From the NCBI GenBank assembly GCA_019237325.1, contig JAFAHI010000083.1:1-42404 (forward strand): 42,404 nucleotides of DNA. Direction: 5' to 3'. This stretch comes from Verrucomicrobiota bacterium. Its GTDB lineage: Bacteria > Verrucomicrobiota > Verrucomicrobiia > Chthoniobacterales > JAFAMB01. A program made the position numbers and the translations under genes. Positions 16,532 to 25,134 of the stretch are shown here, piece after piece (position 1 is the first letter of the stretch; each line of letters opens with the position of its first letter). The notes beneath the pieces were generated by a model, which worked only from the letters and a program-made list of their open reading frames with translations, had not been told where the DNA came from and did no database searches.

Positions 16532-18973
16532 CTCGCGCAGCGCTGTGATCGGGTCGATGCGCGTCGCTCGAAACGCCGGCAGGAGACACGCCAGGAGCGC
16601 AGCCGCTGCGAGCACCAGGGTACCGGTTAGCAGCGCGGTGGGATCAGTTGCCGATATGCCATAAAGGACGCTTCCTATTATTTGTCCCAATATGATCTCG
16701 GCGCCGGCGCCAATGATTAGGCCCACGCAAATAATGCGGAGTCCCTGGTAAGTAACCAACTTAAGAATATTGGTTGCTTCGGCTCCTAAAGCCATTCTGA
16801 CGCCGATCTCGCGGACTCTGAGGCTCACCGAGTAAGAAAGCACCGCGTACAATCCGATGGAAGCCAGCAGTAAGGCTACACCGGAAAACAAACTGACGAT
16901 GATCAGAGAAAGCCGTTTTGCCGTAAAACTCTTAGCGATCTGATCGTCGTAGGGACCGACGTTGGCGAGAGGAAGGTCCGGATCAATCGTGTCGACCGTT
17001 TTTCGCAAAGCGGGGACCAAGGCTCGTGGGTCGCCACTCGCGTGCACAACCAAGGTTTCAAATTCCTTATATTCTCCGAACTGCGCTGCGGTTTGGGTGT
17101 ACGGGAAATAGGATTGGAACGGGGTATCTTGGATCTCCGGGTCCCGATGCTGAACGTCAGCCACTACGCCGATGATCGTAGTAAGATGGCGTGGTCGATT
17201 GAAAAGATCTCCCCGGTCATCGAGTTGTTTTCCGATTGGATCCACCCCACCAAAAATGCGACGAGCGATGCTCTCGTTAATAATCACAACGCTCTCTGCA
17301 TTTTCTTGATCCCGCTCATCAAAGAAACGCCCTTTTAACAGTGGTATACCAAGGGTTCGAAAATAGCCGGGCGAGACAACCTGATGAACCATCCAGGGTA
17401 ACCGGCTGACGTCCGTCACCTGCCGCCGAGCGACGATTAAGGTCTCGAGATCGAGGTTTTCGCCGAAAGGAACGCCATCGTTCAAACCGACATCAAGGAC
17501 ACCGGGCAGACGCCCCACTTTCTCCAGCAAAGAATCGAAGAAAACCTTTCTCTTTTCGCCGTCCGCGTACTTCGTACTGGCCAAGTACACATCCGCGACC
17601 AAAACATGGTGGCTATTGAATCCCAATGGAACGCTTTGTAGAGCCAAAAAACTACGCAACAGTAGTCCTGCTCCAATCAAAAGCACGGATGCCAGGGCGA
17701 CTTGCCCGATCACCAAAAGGTTTTGGCTGCGCTGACGTTCGTGGCCGGCAGTGCCAGTTCTTCCGCCCTCATCTCGGAGCGCAGATGCTAAGTTTGCCCG
17801 CGACAGAATGAGGGCAGGAAACAACCCGAAGAGCAGAGCCGTCAACAGCGTCACAACAAACACAAACAGCAAAGCGGATCCATCGATCGAGATCGCCTGC
17901 AGGCGAGTGATTTTGCCAGGATCAAGGACTTTGATTGAGGAAACACCCCAGCAAGCGGTTAGTAAGCCAACTCCGCCTCCCAACAGCGCCAGGATTAAGC
18001 TCTCGCTCAAGAGTTGAAGGACCAGGCGCTCGCGACTGGCACCAAGCGCAGCCCGAACAATTATCTCTTTGCTTCGTTCGCGTGCCCTCGCCAGTAACAG
18101 GTTTGCGGTGTTGGCACACGTAATTAACAGGAGGCAAAGAACCGCTCCTCCCAATAGCCAAAGGGTCGTCGAATAGTCGCTAACCACGCTGTTGAGCAAG
18201 GGCACCAGCTTAATCCCAAATAGACTACTAGTATCCGGATACTGACTGATTAAATTCTTGGTGAGGACCTCAAAATCCACTTGCGCTTGGTCCAAGGTAA
18301 CACCGTCTTTCAGCCGGCCGATACAATCAAACATATGGCCGCTTCGACGATTGCTAACATCTTTGTAGTTCGGGGCGACAGTAAATGGAACATAGAGGTC
18401 AATCCGCTGGATTTCATTGGCCTGCGGTGGGGTAATCCCGACGATCTCGAAAGTGCGCCCATTCAAGGTGATGTTTTTGCCAAGCACTTTCGGATCTCCA
18501 TGAAAGCGTTTCCGCCAGAGGCCATCGGTCAACACCACGACATTCGCTGCCGCTTTCTCCTCCGTCTCCCCGAACGGACGGCCAAGGAGAAATGGTCTGC
18601 CCATAACCGAAAAGAAGTTGCCGGTGACATAGACACCTTCCAGCCGTTCTGGCTCGGCATCGCCGGTGATCTGAAAATCGTCTGCGCCGATCAGGGTCAA
18701 GTCCTTGAGCGTATGCTGGCCGGCCCTGAAGTCCCGGTAATCGCTAAAGGCCATGTTCATCCGCGGAACGTCTTGTGTCGGTTGATAAATCCTGACCAAC
18801 CGATCGCTCTGCGGATAGGGTAATGGCTTCAACAGTACGCCATTGATAAGACTGAAGATCGCAGTGTTGGCGCCGACGCCTAACCCCAGAATCAAGATCG
18901 CCGTAATGGCAAACCCTGGGGACTTTAGCAGTAACCGGACGGTATGCCGGAGATGGGAAATCAACGCCCGCAT
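16529..18973 (-). CDS. ABC transporter permease (ADOP-type)
   Basis: Start MRALISHLR; GVGANTAIFS, GRLKDGVT, EIGVRMALGA. Confidence 0.93.
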   Translation of the reverse strand: MRALISHLRHTVRLLLKSPGFAITAILILGLGVGANTAIFSLINGVLLKPLPYPQSDRLVRIYQPTQDVPRMNMAFSDYRDFRAGQHTLKDLTLIGADDFQITGDAEPERLEGVYVTGNFFSVMGRPFLLGRPFGETEEKAAANVVVLTDGLWRKRFHGDPKVLGKNITLNGRTFEIVGITPPQANEIQRIDLYVPFTVAPNYKDVSNRRSGHMFDCIGRLKDGVTLDQAQVDFEVLTKNLISQYPDTSSLFGIKLVPLLNSVVSDYSTTLWLLGGAVLCLLLITCANTANLLLARARERSKEIIVRAALGASRERLVLQLLSESLILALLGGGVGLLTACWGVSSIKVLDPGKITRLQAISIDGSALLFVFVVTLLTALLFGLFPALILSRANLASALRDEGGRTGTAGHERQRSQNLLVIGQVALASVLLIGAGLLLRSFLALQSVPLGFNSHHVLVADVYLASTKYADGEKRKVFFDSLLEKVGRLPGVLDVGLNDGVPFGENLDLETLIVARRQVTDVSRLPWMVHQVVSPGYFRTLGIPLLKGRFFDERDQENAESVVIINESIARRIFGGVDPIGKQLDDRGDLFNRPRHLTTIIGVVADVQHRDPEIQDTPFQSYFPYTQTAAQFGEYKEFETLVVHASGDPRALVPALRKTVDTIDPDLPLANVGPYDDQIAKSFTAKRLSLIIVSLFSGVALLLASIGLYAVLSYSVSLRVREIGVRMALGAEATNILKLVTYQGLRIICVGLIIGAGAEIILGQIIGSVLYGISATDPTALLTGTLVLAAAALLACLLPAFRATRIDPITALRE

Positions 18974-18997
18974 GGAACGCTCCTCGAGAGTGAAGAG

Positions 18998-19127
18998 GAA
19001 TAGCCGCAAAAGAGCGCAAAGATCGCAAAAACGTCGGACGGTCTTCGATACAATCGCGAAATTCCAGTGTTTGCCATTTTGTTGAAACTCATTTTCTTTG
19101 CGCTCTCTGCGATCTTTCGCGGCTATT
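18998..19127. repeat. Inverted-repeat element (GAATAGCCGCAAA family)
   Basis: AATAGCCGCAAAAGAGCGCAAAGATCGCAAA ... TTTGCGCTCTCTGCGATCTTTCGCGGCTATT. Confidence 0.85.
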
Positions 19128-19146
19128 ATGTGTTCTTAATCCGGTG

Positions 19147-19483
19147 GCCAATAGCCGGTAGCCAATGGGTAGGAGTCAGTTCTGCGCACTTGGGCCGAGT
19201 TGTCGATGGCTTGGCTGCAGATGACCGACGTTGGGGCTCTCTGCGCTTTGCGGTTAAGGTTCATACTGGATTCTCCTATTCCTCTTTCCCTTGGCTACCG
19301 GCTGTTGGTCACTGGCCCCAACTTCACCGCAGAGACACAGAGGTATTTTTTTTCACAGCAAGGCCACGAAGATCGCAAGGATGATAAGAGATACTAATAA
19401 AAGTTACGATTCTAAGCACCCTTTACTCGGTCTCTCTGTATGTGTAGTGAATTCATCTTTGTGGCCTTTGCGGCCTTGCGGTG
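19147..19483. repeat. Cluster of further inverted-repeat elements
   Basis: GCCAATAGCCGGTAGCCAA/TTGGCTACCGGCTGTTGG; CACCGCAGAGACACAGAG; CACAGCAAGGCCACGAAG/CTTTGCGGCCTTGCGGTG. Confidence 0.7.
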
Positions 19484-19484
19484 T

Positions 19485-19664
19485 TCAATTCCGAGTCTCC
19501 GTTTGGTTTTCCAAAAACTTACTTATAACAATCAGTACACAAAGTTCGCGAAGCTGGGTCTTCTCTTCCGCGGTCAGACCATCCTCGTCTGGTGCGAGTT
19601 CTTCTCGTCCGTTGACCGATGAAGTCATGTCTTCTAACGAATGCCTCATCTTACTGTTTTCCAT
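19485..19664 (-). CDS. small hypothetical protein (~59 aa)
   Basis: MENSKMRHSLEDM...EKTQLRELCVLIVISKFLENQTETRN; co-oriented with the operon; AGGAGG nearby; non-repetitive. Confidence 0.4.
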   Translation of the reverse strand: MENSKMRHSLEDMTSSVNGREELAPDEDGLTAEEKTQLRELCVLIVISKFLENQTETRN

Positions 19665-19717
19665 CCTCCTTCGCCGACAGATTCTCCGGGAACTCTCTGC
19701 CCCTGTGGTTACATTTG

Positions 19718-20446
19718 TTATCCACCCACGGCCCGCGGGGCGGGTTCTCCTTCGTTCTCGTTGTTCTCTGCGACGATCTGGCCATCGAAGAGGTGAACGG
19801 TTCGGTCCGCATAACCGGCAAACCGTGAATCGTGGGTTACCATGCAAATGGTGGCGCCTCCTTGATGAAGTTCGGAGAGCAGGTCCATTACGGCGTCGCC
19901 ATTTTTACTGTCCAAGTTACCAGTCGGCTCGTCCGCTAATAGGATTGATGGCGAACCAACCAAGGCCCGGGCTACTGCCACTCGTTGCTGTTGTCCACCG
20001 CTTAGTTGATTCGGATAATGCCGCTGGCGGTGGCTCATGCCGACTCGATCTAAGGATTCCAAAACTCTTTGTTTCCGTTCACTGCGGGGCATTTCGCCGC
20101 GGTAGGTCAACGGTAGCTCGACATTCTCATATACGGTGAGATCGCCAATCAGGTTGAAACTTTGAAAAATGAACCCGATCTCCCGATTACGGATCCTTGC
20201 TCGCTCAGACAACTTAAGTTGTTCCACTTGTCTCCCATTCAGCCGGTAGGCGCCTTCCGACGGTGAGTCTAACAGGCCCAGGATCGATAGCAGCGTGGAC
20301 TTGCCGCAACCACTGGGTCCGGCGATCGCTACATATTCGCCTTGCAGAATCTTGAGATAAATCCCGGCTAACGCGTGGGTCTCAATCTCGTCGGTAAGGA
20401 ATACCTTCTTTATGCCGTCTAGATGGATTAGAGGTTCGGGATTCAC
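19718..20446 (-). CDS. ABC transporter ATP-binding protein (MacB/LolD-like)
   Basis: GPSGCGKST, GFIFQSFNL, LSGGQQQRVAVARAL, LADEPTGNLD, VTHD; alternative GTG start at 20467. Confidence 0.95.
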   Translation of the reverse strand: MNPEPLIHLDGIKKVFLTDEIETHALAGIYLKILQGEYVAIAGPSGCGKSTLLSILGLLDSPSEGAYRLNGRQVEQLKLSERARIRNREIGFIFQSFNLIGDLTVYENVELPLTYRGEMPRSERKQRVLESLDRVGMSHRQRHYPNQLSGGQQQRVAVARALVGSPSILLADEPTGNLDSKNGDAVMDLLSELHQGGATICMVTHDSRFAGYADRTVHLFDGQIVAENNENEGEPAPRAVGG

Positions 20447-20656
20447 AGTTCGCAGTTCGCTGTTCACGGTTGGGTTTGGCGGTTAGCGGTTAACGGTTGG
20501 CAGTTAGCGGTTTACAGTTCCAATCGTCCTCGTCCTAGTTTGGAGTCTCTTTTGCGAGCGTTGAACCATCTTCACTACACGCCCGCGATTTGAAAAGTTT
20601 CGGATCTCTTTGATTTTTTGGTTCATTTTGTTTTGGTTGAGCTGATCACCGATCCG

Positions 20657-23089
20657 CTAGCCCTCTCTTAGTGCGGTCGTCGGGCTTATTCGCATGGCGC
20701 GTTGAGCTGGGAAATAATTTGCGAAGAGGCTGATCACCAACAGCATACAGCTCACCCCAATTAAGGTTTCGGGATCAACCGGGGTAACACCGTAGAGAAG
20801 GCTTTGTAGCAGGCCACAAACACAAAACGAGGCGAAAAGGCCGATAATCATGCCAAGCGCGACCAGGCGCAGCGCTCGGAGCAGAATCAAACGAAAGATC
20901 TCGAGACGGCTGGCTCCTAATGCGGAACGCACCGCAATTTCTCGGCTACGTTGAGTCACACCATAGGATATAACGCTGTAAAGCCCGATCGCGGAGAGCG
21001 CCATCGTTGCGAGCGCAAATGCGCCAACCAACCAAAGGTCAAGCCGCCGGTTACCGATCGAATCGGCAATAAGCTGAGACCAGACGTTGACTCTGGAAAG
21101 CGCCACGGTTGAATCAGTTTGATTGACGATCTGATGCAAGATTGGAACCAAAGTTCCGGGATTCACTCCATCCTTGGCGCGGAGCACTAAGGCCATTTCG
21201 AGGGCATCGCTGGTTCCGCCCACTCCGTAGTGAGGAGATTGACTCAGGGGATAGTAGTATTCGTCCCGAACCGGTACTCCCAAACCGAAGTGATGAACAT
21301 CGCCCACGACGCCGATGATCGTTGCCGACCATCCATCTTCGTTCTCGATTTGGTTACCGAGCGCTGCCAGCGGCGTTTTCCAAAAGCGAGCGGCCAAGGA
21401 TCGGTTAATTAAGATCCGATGTGGACTATCGGGACCGTCTTGCTGATTAAAAAATCGACCCGCTAATAAAGGGATACCGGCTGCCTGGAAATAATCGCCG
21501 CTCACTACGCGGTATTGCGCGACCGGTTGTTGACCTTGGGCAAAAGGCGCTTGACCGACAACTTGGAATGAGATGTCACAGTCGCCAGGAGTCAGAGGCA
21601 AAAAAGTGATTGCGCCAGACGATTTTACTTCCGATGACTGGTTCAATTTTTCCTGGATAACACGATAGAAGGTCCTGACCGAGGCGTCATCTTGATACCG
21701 TACTGGTGGCAACGCAATCGTCGCGGTTAGCGTTCGCTCCGAATATTGAATACCAGGATCGCTTCCCCGCAGATTGAGAAAGGATCGGAGAAGGAGACCC
21801 GCGCAACTCAGTACCACCAAGGCACCACCAATCTGGCTGACGACCAATATATTGCGAAGCAGGCCCTGCCCCAGACTTCCGATTGAGCCGCGTAAACTTT
21901 CGCGGAGCCCCGTTTGCGGCTGTTTAGGAGCTGCCAAACTCGGTGCTAACCCACAAAGAACGCCGACCGAGATGGAAAGACCGACAGCAAACGCAAGTAC
22001 TCCTGGATCAATACTGATTTCCGATACACGCGGCAAAAGCGATTTTGCGATCAGTTTGAAAGAACCAACCCCCAGGCTCGCGAGACCGATTCCAACTACA
22101 CCGCCAAGGGCTCCGAGCACTAAACTTTCGACCAACGATTGTCGAACCAACCGCGAACGGCTCGCTCCCAAGGATGCACGAATAGCTAGCTCCCGCCAAC
22201 GGTTCAGGCTGCGAGAAAGTAATAGATTCGCCAGGTTGATTGAAGCAATCAGGAGTAGACAACCGACGGCTGCTTGTAGCAGCAATAGTCCCGGTCGCTC
22301 ACTCCCGACCATGTCCTCCTGTAACGAAGTCAAACGAATCCCGAATCCCGTTTGTTCCTTTGGATATTCACGAGCAAGATTGCCGGCAATCCGCGACATT
22401 TCTTGACTCGCCTGCGCCATAGTAACTTCTGGCTTCAATCGCCCATAAACGGACAGCCAGCGATTGCCTCGGTTCGCCAATTCGCTCTCCTTGAATGCCA
22501 ACGGAATCCATAGCTGAATGGTCTCATCGGGAAAATGGAAGCCATACGGCATCACTCCCACTACCTGATACGACTCGGCATTCAACCGAATGAACCGACC
22601 CGTCACATTCTCAGTCGACCCGTACAACTCGCGACAAATTCCTTCGCTGAGGATGACGACGTGTGAACTACCTATTTGATCCTCATTCGCTAAGAAACTA
22701 CGGCCGACGGTCGGACTTACTCCCAACAAACGGATGTAGTTTGGTGATACTGCGGCCCCCTTAACTCTTTCTGGTCCCGCGCTTCGCTCCAGGGTCAGGT
22801 CTTTGGGACGACAAGCTGCGAGTTCGCTAAAGGTATTGTTTCTCTTCTGCCAATCCAGGTAGTTGGGCGCCGACGCTAACGAATAGGGCCAAGCCGGCTC
22901 CCATTCTTCGTAAACCCGGACTAGGCGCTCCGCTTGAGGAGCCGGCAGTCCTCGCAGCAACACTGCATCCAACACGCTAAATACCATCACGTTTGCTCCA
23001 ATCCCGACTCCGAGTGCCAGAAGCGCAAAAAGCGTGAAACCCGGCGATCTCAACAGAAGCCGGACAGCGTAGCGCAGGTCTTGGAACAT
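20657..23089 (-). CDS. ABC transporter permease (ADOP-type)
   Basis: MFQDLRYAVRLLLRSPGFT, GRLKPEVT, ELAIRASLGA, EIAVRSALGA; 810 aa. Confidence 0.93.
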   Translation of the reverse strand: MFQDLRYAVRLLLRSPGFTLFALLALGVGIGANVMVFSVLDAVLLRGLPAPQAERLVRVYEEWEPAWPYSLASAPNYLDWQKRNNTFSELAACRPKDLTLERSAGPERVKGAAVSPNYIRLLGVSPTVGRSFLANEDQIGSSHVVILSEGICRELYGSTENVTGRFIRLNAESYQVVGVMPYGFHFPDETIQLWIPLAFKESELANRGNRWLSVYGRLKPEVTMAQASQEMSRIAGNLAREYPKEQTGFGIRLTSLQEDMVGSERPGLLLLQAAVGCLLLIASINLANLLLSRSLNRWRELAIRASLGASRSRLVRQSLVESLVLGALGGVVGIGLASLGVGSFKLIAKSLLPRVSEISIDPGVLAFAVGLSISVGVLCGLAPSLAAPKQPQTGLRESLRGSIGSLGQGLLRNILVVSQIGGALVVLSCAGLLLRSFLNLRGSDPGIQYSERTLTATIALPPVRYQDDASVRTFYRVIQEKLNQSSEVKSSGAITFLPLTPGDCDISFQVVGQAPFAQGQQPVAQYRVVSGDYFQAAGIPLLAGRFFNQQDGPDSPHRILINRSLAARFWKTPLAALGNQIENEDGWSATIIGVVGDVHHFGLGVPVRDEYYYPLSQSPHYGVGGTSDALEMALVLRAKDGVNPGTLVPILHQIVNQTDSTVALSRVNVWSQLIADSIGNRRLDLWLVGAFALATMALSAIGLYSVISYGVTQRSREIAVRSALGASRLEIFRLILLRALRLVALGMIIGLFASFCVCGLLQSLLYGVTPVDPETLIGVSCMLLVISLFANYFPAQRAMRISPTTALREG

Positions 23090-23112
23090 GGCGGGTGGAG
23101 GTTAGCGTTTGA

Positions 23113-23305
23113 GTAAGCAGTAAGCAGTAAGTAGTGAGCAGTTTTCTGTTGGGCCTGCAAAAAAGAGGATAGACTTTAGCGATGCCAGAAAGATTCGGAA
23201 CTGATTGATTTTTGCTGCAACCTTCATGTCAAGTCTTCATTACTGCTTACTGCTTACTGCTTACTGCTTACTGCTTACTGCTTACTGCTTACTGCTTACT
23301 GCTTA
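23113..23305. repeat. Inverted heptamer arms, including a perfect (TACTGCT)9
   Basis: 23241-23303 nine exact units; opposite arm GTAAGCA units at 23113-23141. Confidence 0.92.
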
Positions 23306-24562
23306 CCTCAGCTGTATTCGTTCATGACTATCAAATGCGCTCGTATCGGACAGAATCACGCGGTCGCCGGGCATCAGGCCGTTCAGGATCACAACCTTGG
23401 TAGCCGAGCCGCGGCCCAACTGGACCTTGGTTCTGGTGGCGGTGGCGCCGTCTGCGCCAATGCGGAACAAACCGATAGTAGAATCGTCCTGACCAAATGC
23501 GGGCCGGCCGACGTAGACGGCATCCGCTAGCTTTTCTAGTTCAATCGTGCCTTCTACACTTAGGTCAGGTCTGGCACCTTTGGGTAGTTCCATCCCATGG
23601 AAGGTAACGTCAACCAAGACAGCTCCTTCTCTCACCGCGGGATCGATTCGAGCCACCGTACCGCTCACAATACTGCCGTTACGCATATCAACTTGCCCGG
23701 TCTGCCCAATCGCAATGTCCCGGGCTTGCGTCTCCGGGATTTTGATCTGCGCTTTCAACTTCGCGTTGTCCGCTACCCGGGCTAGATTAGTACCAGCGGA
23801 AACGCGTTGCCCGACGTCAACGGCAATTTGCTGAAGGACGCCGTTCATCCCGGCTCGGACCTGCAACGCATCCACCTGACTGTGACGCAAATCCGCTTGG
23901 GCTTTGGCCTGTTCGAGATCGGTTTGGGCGACCGCCATTCTCGGCGCCATGGATCTCTTAGCAAATTCATAACGCTGTTGTTCTACCTCAAAGTTGGCTG
24001 CCAGCTCGACCGCGGCAATTTGCGCTTTCTTATAATCGAGGTCGGAAATCAGACCCCCTTTTGCCAGTCTTTGATCAGCCTCCAGCTCGGCTTTAGCCGT
24101 GTCGCGGTCAGCCTGAGCTTTGGTCAGAGCGGCTTGTCGCTCCAACAGTTCGCCTTCCAGTTCGGATTGGAGTTGGGTTAGTTTCGCTTGAGCGCTCTTG
24201 GTCGCGGCATCGGCGTCCCTTGCTTCCTGCTCCAACTCGGCACTGCTCAAAATCAATATAACGGAATTCGCGGTTACTTCTGTTCCCGGCCAAATCACGA
24301 TTTGCTCAACTCGAGCATCGGTTCGAGCGGGGATCCAGCGGACTTCTTGCGGAACCAGGGTTCCAATTCCGCGCACATCTCGAATCAACGGTCCCCGCGA
24401 CACGGTATCGATCCAGACGGAGCTGCGGTCGACCGCAGGCAGAGCCGGTTCAAGGCGGGCGACGAAAATACTAACTCCCGCCACCAGGGCTGCGGTCAGC
24501 AAGAGCAGCAACACATTTCTGCGCCATTTTTTTTGGCGGTAACCGATCCGGGGGATATCCAT
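23303..24562 (-). CDS. efflux periplasmic adaptor / membrane fusion protein (HlyD/MacA-like)
   Basis: N-terminal TM, VRGIGTLVP, coiled coil, VRAGMNGVLQ, VQLGRGS; start set at MDIPR. Confidence 0.92.
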   Translation of the reverse strand: MDIPRIGYRQKKWRRNVLLLLLTAALVAGVSIFVARLEPALPAVDRSSVWIDTVSRGPLIRDVRGIGTLVPQEVRWIPARTDARVEQIVIWPGTEVTANSVILILSSAELEQEARDADAATKSAQAKLTQLQSELEGELLERQAALTKAQADRDTAKAELEADQRLAKGGLISDLDYKKAQIAAVELAANFEVEQQRYEFAKRSMAPRMAVAQTDLEQAKAQADLRHSQVDALQVRAGMNGVLQQIAVDVGQRVSAGTNLARVADNAKLKAQIKIPETQARDIAIGQTGQVDMRNGSIVSGTVARIDPAVREGAVLVDVTFHGMELPKGARPDLSVEGTIELEKLADAVYVGRPAFGQDDSTIGLFRIGADGATATRTKVQLGRGSATKVVILNGLMPGDRVILSDTSAFDSHERIQLR

Positions 24563-24633
24563 CCGGGAACCGTCCGCCGAAACAGAGAAACCTGCTTCTG
24601 CTTTCTTTTTTGGCAGCACGAGGATCGTCACGG

Positions 24634-24876
24634 TTAGGAATTTTGAACTGTGCAGGTGGGTAGGACATTCTGTCCATCACTGACGACTGCCGATGCCTTT
24701 GGAGCATCCGATTGCGCAGAAGCCGGCGTGATCTGGGACAGACTCAAGAGCATGCTGATTGCGGTGCTCGCAGCGAAGACCGCCCACACGGCTGACTCCG
24801 CAAAGCCAGTACCACGAACCGCTCTTTGAGACTCTCGTTGAAATTCCATGATCGGAGAGAATGGGATGATTTTCAT
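24634..24876 (-). CDS. small hypothetical membrane/exported protein (80 aa)
   Basis: First ATG after the sigma54 promoter; hydrophobic AVWAVFAASTAISMLLSLS then PASA-Q. Confidence 0.45.
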   Translation of the reverse strand: MKIIPFSPIMEFQRESQRAVRGTGFAESAVWAVFAASTAISMLLSLSQITPASAQSDAPKASAVVSDGQNVLPTCTVQNS

Positions 24877-24900
24877 AATAACAGCCTTCGTCCACCCCAT

Positions 24901-24917
24901 AGGCATTTGCCGTGCCA
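24901..24917 (-). promoter_or_regulatory. sigma54 -24/-12 promoter
   Basis: Minus strand TGGCACGGCAAATGCCT = TGGCAC-N5-aTGC; bEBP gene adjacent. Confidence 0.75.
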
Positions 24918-24994
24918 GGTTGGATGTCCGCTACATAAGCGGCTGCATATTAGTCACTTGCGGTGAGACTAGAGACTAATGCCCCTTAGAAAAC

Positions 24995-25031
24995 GATCTC
25001 AAAATAGGATTGGGATTCTCAATTTGAGACG
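24995..25031. promoter_or_regulatory. tandem palindromic activator site (putative UAS)
   Basis: GATCTCAAAATAGGATT + ATTCTCAATTTGAGACG, 20 bp apart, ~80 bp upstream of the -24 box. Confidence 0.6.
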
Positions 25032-25134
25032 GGAGGTGAGGCGATGCGGCGAGGGGGCGATGGCGCGTAAGTGGAGTGAGTGGACCCAGTGGACGAAGTG
25101 GACAGAGTAGGTGCGATCGGCTGCGCATCACCAA

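Noticed and set aside
19291-20139. 282 aa + strand ORF
   Set aside because: Antisense to the ABC ATPase and starts in repeat DNA; no recognisable motifs
23212-23403. ORF with LLTAYC repeats
   Set aside because: Translation of (TACTGCT)n
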